A stretch of DNA of 64,000 nucleotides from positions 384,001-448,000 of the forward strand of contig CAWBNQ010000003.1 of the NCBI GenBank assembly GCA_963790205.1. The letters are read 5' to 3'. Origin of the DNA: Nitrospirota bacterium (lineage in GTDB: Bacteria > Nitrospirota > UBA9217). A program made the position numbers and the translations under genes. The notes below the pieces were generated by a model. It saw nothing but the letters and a program-made list of their open reading frames with translations, ran no database searches and was not told the origin of the DNA. Positions 52,740 through 64,000 of the stretch are shown here, one piece after another. Every line of letters begins with the position of its first letter. Within the stretch, counting starts at the first letter, position 1.

Positions 52740-53160
52740 GGCTACCTTCCTTTTTTTTCATTCCTGACCGCAAGACCGCCCTGCTGTTAAAGAGAGTTTG
52801 TATTAAGTTTACCATACCGCTGACAGACCAACGAAGACCGGTATAAAAAAGCTCACTGAAAAAATCATGAAGGTAATCAAAGCGTCAGTTTCGGGAGGGA
52901 ACGTGTAGTCTTGTTCCTCGTATCGAAGGTGCAACATTCAGGAGGAAGCAGCCCGCATAGTCAAGAGATGAGGTGGAATTACGGCGGCAGCGGGGGTTTC
53001 TTTCGGAACTCGACACCTTTGGCGAGATGTCAGCGACCTGGATCATCAGGTGGACCTCTTTTTTTGTAATCAGTTCTGTTGTTGATTTTTTTGAACTTTC
53101 CGTGATATAGTTCTTATAAGCGTAAAAAACAGGAAGTTCGTATGGTACGGAGGTGTTACG

Positions 53161-54243
53161 ATGAAAGAGCAGGATGAACTTGGAATTGCAGTAAACTTTT
53201 GGCGCAGGGGCCGGTTTGCAGCCCGGGCGCGGCTTTCTTTATTTGTTTTGCTTTTGCTTGCAGTAGTCATGCTGGCCGCACCAGTCTCATCACCCGCAGA
53301 GGTCTCCATAGGCGTGTCAGTTACGTTTGGCCCGCCGGCTCTTCCCGTTTACGTTCAGCCCCCTTGCCCTGACCCCGGCTTTATCTGGGTACCGGGCTAC
53401 TGGGCCTGGGACCCGGATTACGGCTACTACTGGGTGCCCGGCATGTGGGTGCTGACACCCTTCGCCGGCGCGCTCTGGACCCCGGGCTATTGGGCATGGA
53501 GCGACGGCGTGTATGTCTGGTACGACGGCTATTGGGGACCGGTGGTAGGCTATTACGGCGGCATTAACTATGGCTATGGCTACACCGGTTACGGCTACCA
53601 GGGCGGCTATTGGAGCGGCAACAGGTTCTATTACAACCGCACGGTAAATAACATCAACGTAACGAACATCACGACCGTTTACAGCAGAACTGTCAGCAAC
53701 GTGCGCCCGAGCGGCGCCAGTTTCAACGGCCCGGGCGGCACCACCGTTCGCCCCACTTCTGAACAGCGGGCCGCGGCCCGCCAGCGACGTGCTTCGCTCA
53801 CCAGCGCACAAAAGCAGCAGATGCGGGTTGCCCGGGCCGACCCAAAGCAGCGGGCGACGGTAAACCGCGGCCGCCCGGCCATTGCCGCCACGATGAAGCC
53901 TGGCGTATTCACCGGTCATGGCGTCGTAGGCGCCAGCCGGGCGGGAGCCCCATACAAGGCGCCGTCGCGCGGAAGGGCTGCGCCCGGCGAACGTGTTCGA
54001 ACTCCGAGGCCCGGCGCTGAAATGCGTCCTGAACGCATGGCACCGGGAACTCAACGGGGAGGGCCTGAACGACGGCTCAACGAGCCTCGCCAAATGCGTC
54101 CTGAACGCATGGCACCTGAAACTCAACGGGGAGGGCCTGAGCGGCGATACAACGAGCCCCGCCCCGCGCCGCGGCGACCGGAGACAACAAAACCGGCGCC
54201 GCCGAGGAGAGAGGACAAAGAGGAAAGGGAAGGACCGCGATAG
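53161..54243 (+). CDS. YXWGXW-repeat secreted protein with Arg/Pro-rich tail
   Basis: PPALPVYVQPPCP, WVPGYW / WVPGMW / WTPGYW / WYDGYW repeats. Confidence 0.88.
   Translation: MKEQDELGIAVNFWRRGRFAARARLSLFVLLLLAVVMLAAPVSSPAEVSIGVSVTFGPPALPVYVQPPCPDPGFIWVPGYWAWDPDYGYYWVPGMWVLTPFAGALWTPGYWAWSDGVYVWYDGYWGPVVGYYGGINYGYGYTGYGYQGGYWSGNRFYYNRTVNNINVTNITTVYSRTVSNVRPSGASFNGPGGTTVRPTSEQRAAARQRRASLTSAQKQQMRVARADPKQRATVNRGRPAIAATMKPGVFTGHGVVGASRAGAPYKAPSRGRAAPGERVRTPRPGAEMRPERMAPGTQRGGPERRLNEPRQMRPERMAPETQRGGPERRYNEPRPAPRRPETTKPAPPRREDKEEREGPR
54021..54162 (+). repeat. 72-nt in-frame tandem duplication
   Basis: MRPERMAPxTQRGGPERRxNEPR occurs twice. Confidence 0.9.
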
Positions 54244-54421
54244 GGGAACTTTGGGACCTCCTGTCACAAGAATTTAGTTTCGCTATAAACTTATTCTTGG
54301 CAGGAGGTCCTAAATTTTTAAAAGACCCGACCAGTAAACAGCTTCAGACCTACCCGCTGCTCCTGCTTACCGTCCTGTTCAAGCGCCTCGTTAGGCCGTC
54401 TTTTCATTTAGCCGGGCGGGT

Positions 54422-55072
54422 TTATCCTTTTGCAACAAGGCGCTGCCCCAGATCAAAGGCTTTCCGGCAGTCGGCCGGGAATATTTCTTGACGTCTCAAA
54501 GCCTTCTTCTCAGGATCAAAATGCTCCATGACGACCTTTGAATAGTCAGGGAACTGATAGGTGTCATAGGAGCACAATGTTTCGGCCTCGCCAAAGATCA
54601 TCGTTAAAGATGCTTCCGTGGCGCTCATCATTGTCCGGTAGCCGCGCTGCACGCTCATTTCCTCGGAAACGTTCATCGTATAGATCATCGCTGTCCGCAC
54701 TGTGCGCGGAAAGAGGGATCGTGGAGGCTGGGAATACACAAGGGGGGCGAAGAGAAGGCGTTCCATGCATGATCGCATCTCTCCGGACATCGACCCGAAG
54801 TATACCGGAGTTCCCAGCACCACTGCGTCGGCCTGGTCCTCGATCATTTTTAAAACGGGGGTGAGTTCATCTTTCACGGCGCATCGTCCCTTGTTGGGCG
54901 AGTCGATCAATTTACAGGCGAAACAACTCGTGCAGCCTTTGAAGGTGAGATCGTAGAGATGGATCAGCTCGGTTTTCGCTCCGGCGGCCTGCGCCCCTTC
55001 AATTGTTTTTTTCAGCAGCGTTGCGGTATTCCAGCTCTTTCTCGGGCTGCCGTTGATGGCGATCAGTTTCAC
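54422..55072 (-). CDS. Iron-sulfur flavoprotein / flavodoxin family protein
   Basis: NGSPRKSWNT, CTSCFAC...C, GTPVYFG. Confidence 0.88.
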   Translation of the reverse strand: MKLIAINGSPRKSWNTATLLKKTIEGAQAAGAKTELIHLYDLTFKGCTSCFACKLIDSPNKGRCAVKDELTPVLKMIEDQADAVVLGTPVYFGSMSGEMRSCMERLLFAPLVYSQPPRSLFPRTVRTAMIYTMNVSEEMSVQRGYRTMMSATEASLTMIFGEAETLCSYDTYQFPDYSKVVMEHFDPEKKALRRQEIFPADCRKAFDLGQRLVAKG

Positions 55073-55088
55073 GCTAGGTACTTTCCTC

Positions 55089-56156
55089 TCATCGCAGCGT
55101 AATGGCTTTCTCGGGACACATCTCCTGGCAGCAAAAACACGCTATGCAAATATCGGCATTCACCCGGGGAATATTCCCGACCATCGATAAAGCCGATACC
55201 GGGCAATGATCAACGCACGTGCCGCAGCTCGTGCACTTTTCCGGGTCCGCCTGGGGGCGAAGGAGCGCCCGCCCCTGGATCAGGGACTGCATGGTCTCGT
55301 TGCGCATTATTGCTTCGCCGCCCAGCGGGGGGAGTTTGAAATCAGGCAGCCGTTTCAACTCCCCGATGATTTCTATCGTGCTGAGGTCGTAGTCGCCCAG
55401 GCCCGCCTCTTTCGCCTTCTGAAGGAAACGCAGCCGCCCCGGATCGCATCCCATCATGGTCGCAATGACGGAGTCAACGGCAACAGCATTGTCAGAGGCG
55501 AGGACCACGCCGATATTTCTGAGGTCAGGCGAGGCCGGCCCGTTGCCTTCCATCCCGACCACGGCGTCGACAATGAACAGGTCCGGCACCCTGAGCCTGA
55601 ATACCTCTACTATCATTTCATTAAAATCCGCAGGGCTGCCGGCAGCCTTGTGCAGCATGGCTTTCTGGGCGCCGGGCAAGAGACCGTAGCTGTTCTTGAT
55701 CGCTCCGGTCAAGACGGTCAGGCCGTGGGTTTTGAATTTCGGCAGACTGATGACGATATCCGCCTCCAGCACGTCTAGCGAGACGCTGACAAAGGGCATA
55801 TATCTGGGGTTGAAGGCGACCTTTCTAGAATCATTTCCGATGTTCTTATAATGGCCTTTGGCCGCTTCCATCAGGCCGGTTCTGGAGAAGCTCTCCTCAT
55901 TTGCGCCGTAACTGACCAGGCCCGGATTGTCTCCCACGATCAGGGAGGCGGGGCCCATTGTTTCCACCTTTTCCACAACAGCGCGAAGCACGGCGGGATT
56001 GGTGACGATGCCTTCTTTTGATTCCGAGCTTCGAAGCACGTTGGGTTTTATCAGGACCTTCTTCCTCGATAGGGCGACGGGAAAGAGTTCAAATGCCCGG
56101 TCTACGGCCTTGCGAACATTCTCATAACCGGCGGGATGGATCATGACCTTTGACAT
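55089..56156 (-). CDS. DUF362 domain protein with 2x[4Fe-4S] C-terminus
   Basis: LIKPN, LPKFKTH, GAIKN, MEGNGP; two CxxCxxCxxxCP motifs. Confidence 0.9.
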   Translation of the reverse strand: MSKVMIHPAGYENVRKAVDRAFELFPVALSRKKVLIKPNVLRSSESKEGIVTNPAVLRAVVEKVETMGPASLIVGDNPGLVSYGANEESFSRTGLMEAAKGHYKNIGNDSRKVAFNPRYMPFVSVSLDVLEADIVISLPKFKTHGLTVLTGAIKNSYGLLPGAQKAMLHKAAGSPADFNEMIVEVFRLRVPDLFIVDAVVGMEGNGPASPDLRNIGVVLASDNAVAVDSVIATMMGCDPGRLRFLQKAKEAGLGDYDLSTIEIIGELKRLPDFKLPPLGGEAIMRNETMQSLIQGRALLRPQADPEKCTSCGTCVDHCPVSALSMVGNIPRVNADICIACFCCQEMCPEKAITLR

Positions 56157-56417
56157 GCCTTTGTTCTCCCATGAAAGAAAATTCTGAAAAAAATGTGCGG
56201 TGAATATACCCCTGCAACGATCCATGACCGCGATCCGAAGGCCACCAACGAGTGATTGAACGACCCGATCACCTAGGGGCTTCAGCCGCTGCTTTCATTT
56301 GGCTCCGGAACACTCGCTTCCGAAACCTCTTTCCGTGGAGAAACTACGAAGCCGGGCATGCGGTGATCACTTTGCCGGCAGCTCGGGCCCCTGAAAGAAC
56401 GGACCGTTGCCGATTCA

Positions 56418-56894
56418 TTACATATGGTGCTCATGGCCCATGGGCATTGCGCCGGCCCCCTGGAGCGTGAGCAACAGCTGCTTTTCTCCCGATTTCCGGA
56501 AGACCAGGGTCACGTTGAATTTCGAGCCTGCTTTCATGGTCTTCGGCATGTCCTCGATCATGATGTGGCTGCCGCCCATCTTAAATTCCAGATCGTTTTT
56601 CGCGCGGACCTCCACCGTGTCCACATTCACCATGCGCTCGCCCTGCATGATATGGAACACGACCTTCGCTCCCGGGATGTCGGTCTTTACCCCCGTAAGA
56701 ACATCCGGTCCGCCCTGGTTCCTGATCGTCATGGTCACCATGGCTTCTCCCACGATAGCGGGAGATAGTTCTGCGTTGGCCCCGTCGATGCTGACCTGCG
56801 GCGGGCCGCTTTGGCAGGCGGCAAGGGTCGCGGCAGCCGCGACCAGGGATATTGCCAGGAGTCCGAACTGCTTCCTAATTCCAAGTGCTTTCAT
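56418..56894 (-). CDS. Copper chaperone PCu(A)C family lipoprotein
   Basis: Lipobox LAAC, H..M...M, GGSHIM, LVF.KSG, His/Met tail. Confidence 0.82.
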   Translation of the reverse strand: MKALGIRKQFGLLAISLVAAAATLAACQSGPPQVSIDGANAELSPAIVGEAMVTMTIRNQGGPDVLTGVKTDIPGAKVVFHIMQGERMVNVDTVEVRAKNDLEFKMGGSHIMIEDMPKTMKAGSKFNVTLVFRKSGEKQLLLTLQGAGAMPMGHEHHM

Positions 56895-57024
56895 GATACC
56901 TCCTTTATAAGTCCTCAGTGTGAGGAATATTGTTTACATCCCGATCAATGTTCACTGCGCAATGATAGCATAAAAATGCGGTTATGAAAAGCAAAAGGCC
57001 CGCCGACGTACGTACTTCGTCTGA

Positions 57025-58017
<993 letters not shown>

Positions 58018-58069
58018 CGACGGGGTTCGGAGTAGGAAATAAGGACAATTGCGGACATGCAAAACTTAT

Positions 58070-58160
58070 TACCGCAGAGGACGCAGAGAGCGCTGAGAAA
58101 GAATTCAAGATTAAAAATTTGAGATTTTGAACTCTGCGAGCTCCGCGTGCTCCGCGCGAG
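58070..58160. repeat. Nonamer-based inverted repeat
   Basis: accgcagaggacgcagagagcgctgag...ctctgcgagctccgcgtgctccgcg; similar tracts at 59627-59797, 61346-61400, 12862-12930 and 39365-39455. Confidence 0.65.
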
Positions 58161-58193
58161 AGACGCCTTTTGTTTCCGGTTGAGGAGAATTTT

Positions 58194-59621
58194 ATGACTA
58201 CAAAGATCAAAGACACGCAGAAAATGATCGAAGAGGTCCTGTCAGCGTACCCGGAGAAGTCGAAGAAGGAGCGGGCCAAGCACCTTGCGGCCAACGATCC
58301 AACGGGGAGTTGCAGCACCTGCCAAGTGAAGTCGAACGTAAAGTCCCGGCCCGGCGTCATGACGGTGCGCGGGTGCGCGTACGCGGGGGCCAAGGGCGTG
58401 GTGTGGGGGCCGGTGAAGGACCAGATCACGATCAGCCACGGTCCCATCGGCTGCGGCCAGTACTCCTGGTGGTCGCGGCGGAACTACTACAACGGCCAGA
58501 CCGGGATCGACGCCTTCGGCACCATGCACATCACCACGGACTTCCAGGAAAAGAACATCGTCTACGGCGGCGACAAGGGGCTCGAAGCAGCGATCAAGGA
58601 ACTGCACGGGCTTTTCCCGCTCGGCCGCGGCATCGGCATCCTGTCCGAGTGCCCGGTGGGCTTGATCGGCGACGACATCGAAGCGGTCTCGAAGCGCGCG
58701 GCAAAGGAGATCAACATCCCGATCGTGCCGGTGCGGTGCGAGGGCTTCCGCGGGGTGTCCCAGTCCCTGGGCCATCACATTGCGAACGATACCATCAAGG
58801 ATTATGCGCTCGGCAAGGGCGAACTGAAGGAGACCACAGCCTACGACGTGAACCTGATCGGCGACTACAACATCGGCGGCGACGCCTGGGCCTCGCGCAA
58901 GATACTCGAAGAGATGGGGCTTCGCGTCATTGCCCAGTATACGGGAGACTCGACGATCAACGAGCTCGGCATTGCGACCAAGGCCAAATTGAACCTGATC
59001 CACTGCTACCGGTCAATGAACTATATCTGCCGGCACATGGAAGAGGCCTACAACATTCCGTGGATGGAGTTCAATTTCTTCGGTCCCACGAAGACCTTCG
59101 AGAGCATAAGAAAGATCGCCGCCAAGTTCGACGAGAAGATCCAGAAGAACGCCGAGGCGGTGATCGCCAAGTACAAACCGCTCATGGACAAGGTCGCGGC
59201 GCAGTACCGGCCCAAGCTCGAGGGCAAGAAGGTGATGCTCTACGTCGGCGGTCTCCGGCCCCGCCACACCATCGGCGCCTACGAGGACCTCGGCATGGAA
59301 GTTGTTGCTTCCGGCTACGAGTTCGGCCACAGCGACGACTACAAGCGCACCTATCCGGAAATGAAGGAAGGCGCGGTGATCATGGATGACGCGACCCTGT
59401 ATGAGCTGGAAGAGTTCACCCGCAGGCTGAAGCCGGACATGGTCGGCTCGGGCATCAAGGAAAAGTATTCCTACCACAAGCTGGGCGTGCCGTTCCGGCA
59501 GATGCACTCCTGGGACTACTCGGGCCCGTACCACGGCTTCGACGGGTTCCCGGTCTTCGCCCGGGACATGGACATGACGGTGAACAGCCCGACGTGGGAT
59601 TTGATCCGAAGGAAGAAATAA
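58194..59621 (+). CDS. nifD: Mo-nitrogenase alpha subunit
   Basis: [35 protein letters not shown]; no long group II insertion. Confidence 0.97.
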   Translation: MTTKIKDTQKMIEEVLSAYPEKSKKERAKHLAANDPTGSCSTCQVKSNVKSRPGVMTVRGCAYAGAKGVVWGPVKDQITISHGPIGCGQYSWWSRRNYYNGQTGIDAFGTMHITTDFQEKNIVYGGDKGLEAAIKELHGLFPLGRGIGILSECPVGLIGDDIEAVSKRAAKEINIPIVPVRCEGFRGVSQSLGHHIANDTIKDYALGKGELKETTAYDVNLIGDYNIGGDAWASRKILEEMGLRVIAQYTGDSTINELGIATKAKLNLIHCYRSMNYICRHMEEAYNIPWMEFNFFGPTKTFESIRKIAAKFDEKIQKNAEAVIAKYKPLMDKVAAQYRPKLEGKKVMLYVGGLRPRHTIGAYEDLGMEVVASGYEFGHSDDYKRTYPEMKEGAVIMDDATLYELEEFTRRLKPDMVGSGIKEKYSYHKLGVPFRQMHSWDYSGPYHGFDGFPVFARDMDMTVNSPTWDLIRRKK

Positions 59622-59690
59622 AATTTACCGCAGAGACGCAGAGGCACGGAGAAAGACGATTTAAATTATTAAAAAAGCTAACCTTAATCC

Positions 59691-59766
59691 GGTCATTCCG
59701 GGCTTGACCCGGAATCCAAAGACTTTTATGAGGGATACCGGATTCCCGCTTTCGCGGGAATGACGA
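59691..59766. repeat. REP-like palindrome nested inside the nonamer repeat
   Basis: gtcattccgggcttgacccggaatc...ggattcccgctttcgcgggaatgac. Confidence 0.7.
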
Positions 59767-59820
59767 ATTTCTTCTCCGTGACTCAGTGCCTCCGTGGCTG
59801 AAAAAAGTTTGGAGGATATC

Positions 59821-61326
59821 ATGAAAATCAGAGACCATAGCGAACTGTTCAAACAGCAGGATTATAAAGACCAGTTCGAGCGCAAGAAGGAGTTCGAGAA
59901 CTGCTGGCCTCCGGAGAAGGTGAAGGAGGTCTCGGAATGGACCAAGACCGAGGAGTACAAGGAGCTCAACTTCAAGCGGGAGAACGTCAAGATCAATCCC
60001 GCCAAGGCCTGCCAGCCCCTGGGCGCGGTGTTCTGCGCTTCGGGTTTTGAAGGCTCCATGCCCTTCGTGCAGGGCGCCCAGGGTTGCGTGGCATATTTCC
60101 GGAGCCACCTCTCCCGGCACTTTAAAGAACCTTTTGCCGCGATCTCGACATCGATGACGGAAGATGCTGCCGTATTCGGCGGTCTGAACAATATGCTCGA
60201 AGGCCTGGAGAACGCCTATACTCTGTACAAGCCGAAGATGATCGCGGTCTCAACGACCTGCATGGCGGAGGTGATCGGCGACGACCTGAACGCCTACATC
60301 AAGACCGCGAAGGAGAAGGGCGTCGTGCCCCAGGACCTGCTCATCCCGTTCGCGAACACGCCGAGCTTTGTGGGCTCGCACATCGTGGGCTACGACAATA
60401 TGATGAGGGGGATACTGAAGGCGCTCTGGGCAGGCAGGAAAGGCGAAGCGAACGGGAAGATCAACATCATCCCGGGCTTCGACACCTATACCGGCAACTA
60501 CCACGAGATCAAACGGCTGATGAGCCTGATGGGCATTGAGGCAACGGTGCTCGCGGACGTGAGCGATACCTTCGATTTCCCGAACACGGGCGAGTACAAA
60601 CTCTACCCCGGCGGGACCCCGATCTCCGATGCAAGGGAGGGGGTGAACGCCCTGGCCACGGTCGCGCTTCAGAAGTATTCGACCGCGAAGACCCTGGATT
60701 ACGTCCAGAAGGAGTGGGGCCAGAAGACGCTCACGCTTTCGCCCATCGGCATCAGGAACACCGACGCGTTCTTTGCGGAGCTCTCCAAGCTCACGGGGAA
60801 GCCTATCCCGGCGGAGGTGGAAGCGGAACGCGGCAGGGTCGTGGACGCCATGGTGGACTCCCACCCCTATGTTCACGGCAAGCGGTTCGCCCTGGTCGGC
60901 GACCCGGACATCCTGCTCGGCATGATGGGCCTCATCATGGAGATGGGCGGAGAGCCGGTGCACATCGTTTGTACGAACGGCGACAAGCATTTCGAGGCAG
61001 AGGCGAAGGAGCTCCTGGCATCAAGTCCCTTTGGCGCTCAGGGTACGGTGTACATCGGCAAGGACATGTGGCATCTTCGCTCGCTGCTGTTCACCGATCC
61101 CGTGGACGTCCTGATCGGCAACTCCTATGCAAAGTTCCTGACGCAGGACACGGGAACGCCGCTGGTCCGCATCGGGTTCCCGCTCTTCGACCGGCACCAT
61201 TTGCACCGCCAGCCGATCATCGGGTACCAGGGCGCATTGAACCTGGTGACCATGCTGGTGAACACGGTACTTGACGAACTGGACAGGAAGACCGAGGGTT
61301 CGGCGAGCTTTGATGTGATCAGATAA
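59821..61326 (+). CDS. nifK: Mo-nitrogenase beta subunit
   Basis: INPAKACQPLG, QGCVAYFR, TTCMAEVIGDD, TPSFVGSH, FDVIR. Confidence 0.97.
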   Translation: MKIRDHSELFKQQDYKDQFERKKEFENCWPPEKVKEVSEWTKTEEYKELNFKRENVKINPAKACQPLGAVFCASGFEGSMPFVQGAQGCVAYFRSHLSRHFKEPFAAISTSMTEDAAVFGGLNNMLEGLENAYTLYKPKMIAVSTTCMAEVIGDDLNAYIKTAKEKGVVPQDLLIPFANTPSFVGSHIVGYDNMMRGILKALWAGRKGEANGKINIIPGFDTYTGNYHEIKRLMSLMGIEATVLADVSDTFDFPNTGEYKLYPGGTPISDAREGVNALATVALQKYSTAKTLDYVQKEWGQKTLTLSPIGIRNTDAFFAELSKLTGKPIPAEVEAERGRVVDAMVDSHPYVHGKRFALVGDPDILLGMMGLIMEMGGEPVHIVCTNGDKHFEAEAKELLASSPFGAQGTVYIGKDMWHLRSLLFTDPVDVLIGNSYAKFLTQDTGTPLVRIGFPLFDRHHLHRQPIIGYQGALNLVTMLVNTVLDELDRKTEGSASFDVIR

Positions 61327-61430
61327 GGGCAAAATAAAGGACTTGCCGCAAAGGCACTAAGACGCTAAAAAAAACTTTGAGACTTCACGCCTTCGTGGTG
61401 AGCAGTTGATAGCAATCAGGGTGATTCTCC

Positions 61431-62171
61431 ATGCACGACATCGTAATTATCGGCATATGCTTCTTTTTCATCGCGCTTCTGTATTCCACGGTCGGGCACG
61501 CGGGGGCCTCGGGCTATCTGGCGACGATGGCGCTTCTTTCGTTCTCGCCCGCCGTGATGAAGCCGACCGCGCTTATGCTCAACATCATCGTTGCCTTGGT
61601 CACGACCGTCCGGTTCGCCAAGGCCGGATATTTTTCCTGGCGGTTGTTCTGGCCCTTTGCCTTGGCGTCGGTCCCCATGGCGTACCTGGGCGGCGGAATG
61701 CACGTAGACACGACGATATATAAAATGCTCGTGGGCATTGCGCTGGTGTTCGCCGCTCTCCATCTCATCCTCCGGAGCAAGGTCGCCCCGGATGATCCCG
61801 AACGAGCAACGTACCCGGGGATCGGCGCGTCGCTGGCGGTAGGAGGGGGCCTCGGGTTCCTTTCCGGCCTCACGGGGGTCGGCGGAGGCATATTTCTCAG
61901 CCCGGTCCTGATCATCCTGCATTGGGCGGGACTCCGGAGAACGGCAGCCGTGGCCGCGGCATTTATCCTCCTGAACTCGATCTCCGGCTTAACGGGATAT
62001 CTTCATAAGGGCGGAGCGTTTCCTGACCACCTTGCCTTCTGGTCCGTTGCCGTCGTTGCCGGCGGATACATCGGCTCGACGCTGGGGGCAACGAAGTTCA
62101 ACAGCCCTGTCTTGAGAGTATTGCTCGGCGTCATGCTTGTCATGGCGGGGTTTAAATTGGCTTTAATCTGA
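61431..62171 (+). CDS. TauE/SafE (TSUP) family transporter
   Basis: YSTVGHAGASGY, GLTGVGGGIFLSP, NSISG. Confidence 0.88.
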   Translation: MHDIVIIGICFFFIALLYSTVGHAGASGYLATMALLSFSPAVMKPTALMLNIIVALVTTVRFAKAGYFSWRLFWPFALASVPMAYLGGGMHVDTTIYKMLVGIALVFAALHLILRSKVAPDDPERATYPGIGASLAVGGGLGFLSGLTGVGGGIFLSPVLIILHWAGLRRTAAVAAAFILLNSISGLTGYLHKGGAFPDHLAFWSVAVVAGGYIGSTLGATKFNSPVLRVLLGVMLVMAGFKLALI

Positions 62172-62230
62172 GCACAGAGTACGAAGTAAGAAGGAATAAA
62201 GTAAGAAGTTTAGACGGAGTGGGGTGTCTT

Positions 62231-64000
62231 ATGGTCAGCATGATCGGCAGATTAACACAGGACGGCTGCGAAACGGACAATAAGGACAAGGTTTGCCGCG
62301 CCCGGGGAGGCGAGTCCTGCGCTTTTGACGGCGCCATGATCGTGCTCCAGCCCATAGCGGACACGGCGCACATCGTGCACGGCCCGATAGCCTGCTGCGG
62401 GAATTCCTGGGAAGGCCGGGGAACGCAGTCGTCAAAAGGCGGGCTTCACACCATGGGCTTTACCACGGACATGGGAGAGATCGATATTGTCTACGGCTCG
62501 GAAGAGAAACTGCTGAACGCCATCAAGCGAACGCATGAGGCGGTCAAGCCAAAGGCGATCTTCGTGTATACCACCTGCGTGAGCGGGCTTACGGGCGAGG
62601 ACATCGGCGCGGTCTGCAAGCGGGCCGAGAATGAGCTCACTATCCGGGTCATTCCCGTGAACGCGCCGGGGTTCGTGGGGCCGAAGAACCTTGGGAACAG
62701 GATCGCCGGGGAAGCGCTGCTCGAACACGTGATTGGGACCGGAGAATCGCCGGTCACGACGCATGCGGACATCAACCTGATCGGGGAATATAATATCGCC
62801 GGCGATCTCTGGCTCGTGGAGCCGCTTCTCGCCAGGGCCGGGATCCGGATCCTGTCGAAGATCACCGGGGACTCGACGTTCGAGGAGATCACCTGGGCGC
62901 ACCAGGCCAAGCTGAATGTGGTCGTCTGCAGCCGCGCGCTCATCAATGTGGCGAGGGAGATGGAGCGGAAGTACGGCATTCCCTACGTGGAGGTATCGTT
63001 CTTCGGCAGCACGGAGGTCGCAAAGGCCCTGCGGTCCATACGAGACGGTTTAAACCGTTTAAGCCGTTTGAACGGTTCAAACGGTTTGAACGATATCGAT
63101 CCGCTCATCCGAAGCGAGGAAAAGAAGCTGAAGGCGTCGCTCGAACCCTACAAATATTTGCGCGGCAAGAAAGCCGTGCTGTACACGGGCGGCGTCAAGA
63201 GCTGGTCCTTCATCTCCGCGCTGCGCGACCTGGGCATTGAGATCGTCGCCGTGGGCACGAAAAAAAGCACCATCGAAGATGAAGAAAAGATGAAGACGCT
63301 CCTCGGCCCCGATGCGCCGCTCGTGGAAGAGGTGACGCCGAAGGACCTGCTCCGGCTCTTAAAGGAACGGAACGCCGATATCCTCGTTGCCGGGGGGCGG
63401 AACCAGTACCTGGCGATCAAGGAAGGCTACCCTTTTGTGGACGTCAACCAGGAGCGGCATACTCCATATGCGGGATACCGGGGGCTCGTGAACCTGGCGG
63501 AGCAGATCGGCAATGGGTTTCGCTTCTACAAGAGAAACGAAATGATTGCGGAATGCACCCTGCACTCGCGCTATGCACTCGTAAGCGCGGGCGTGAACGG
63601 ATTGCGCCCTGCACTCGCGATGCCACTCGTTGACGCGGGGCGCAGGCGGAATGCGGATTTGCCCCTCACCCCAGCCCTCTCCCCCGCGGGGAGAGGGAGA
63701 AAACAATCCGAAATCGCCAATCCGAAGTCCTCAATTCTCATCAATCCGCTCAAGCATTCTCCGTCGATCGGCGCGGCGATCGTGTTTCAAGGCATCGACC
63801 GCGCGCTGCCGGTCATCCACGGCGCCCAGGGCTGCACGTTCCTCGGCAAGGTGCTCCTGACCAAGCATTTCCGCGAGCCCATCGCGCTCGCCACGAGCAA
63901 GCTCTTTGCGGAGGACGTGGTCATGGGGAGCGAAGAGAAGCTGACGCGGGCCATTGGCGGGTTCATCGAGAAGAACAACCCCGCTCTTGTCGGGGTCCTT
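62231..64000 (+). CDS. nifEN: Fused NifE-NifN FeMo-cofactor scaffold; runs off the window
   Basis: Manual translation is open to the window end: CAFDGA, HGPIAC, YTGGVKSWS, DVNQERH (NifE), a linker, then INPLKHSPSIG...HGAQGC...HFREPI (NifN). Confidence 0.92.
   Translation, partial: MVSMIGRLTQDGCETDNKDKVCRARGGESCAFDGAMIVLQPIADTAHIVHGPIACCGNSWEGRGTQSSKGGLHTMGFTTDMGEIDIVYGSEEKLLNAIKRTHEAVKPKAIFVYTTCVSGLTGEDIGAVCKRAENELTIRVIPVNAPGFVGPKNLGNRIAGEALLEHVIGTGESPVTTHADINLIGEYNIAGDLWLVEPLLARAGIRILSKITGDSTFEEITWAHQAKLNVVVCSRALINVAREMERKYGIPYVEVSFFGSTEVAKALRSIRDGLNRLSRLNGSNGLNDIDPLIRSEEKKLKASLEPYKYLRGKKAVLYTGGVKSWSFISALRDLGIEIVAVGTKKSTIEDEEKMKTLLGPDAPLVEEVTPKDLLRLLKERNADILVAGGRNQYLAIKEGYPFVDVNQERHTPYAGYRGLVNLAEQIGNGFRFYKRNEMIAECTLHSRYALVSAGVNGLRPALAMPLVDAGRRRNADLPLTPALSPAGRGRKQSEIANPKSSILINPLKHSPSIGAAIVFQGIDRALPVIHGAQGCTFLGKVLLTKHFREPIALATSKLFAEDVVMGSEEKLTRAIGGFIEKNNPALVGVL

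Noticed and set aside
54021..54162. CRISPR-like repeat
   Set aside because: Two in-frame coding units without unique spacers; no cas genes in the window
58194..61326. Alternative V- or Fe-only nitrogenase
   Set aside because: No G subunit between D and K, and the motifs are NifD/NifK-type

Overview
GC-rich bacterial window, probably from an anaerobic or microaerophilic diazotroph of Nitrospirota or Desulfobacterota type (inferred from gene content only). In order: (1) a cluster of TIGR04282/TIGR04283 glycosyltransferases, DUF3047, TVP38 and a sterol desaturase, interrupted by infA and a beta-lactamase-like gene; (2) an alternative complex III-like operon (actA-B1-B2-C-D-E) with two frameshifts; (3) a ~17 kb nitrogen island with a porin, an APC permease, a PP2C/Ser-Thr kinase fusion, three PII proteins, three Amt proteins, an SMR/YnfA-like protein and ntrBC, into which a PerR-rubrerythrin module is inserted on the opposite strand; five sigma54 promoters here share a tandem enhancer 130-134 bp upstream; (4) a plastic region with an inverted duplication of a sigma54-driven pair of Gly-rich membrane proteins, cargo genes bracketed by duplicated gene segments, a candidate rod-like ncRNA and several pseudogenes; (5) Mo-nitrogenase nifHDK, a TauE/SafE gene, and a fused nifEN (running off the window) that carries palindromic repeats in frame. 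All family calls come from motif recognition; no searches were run.
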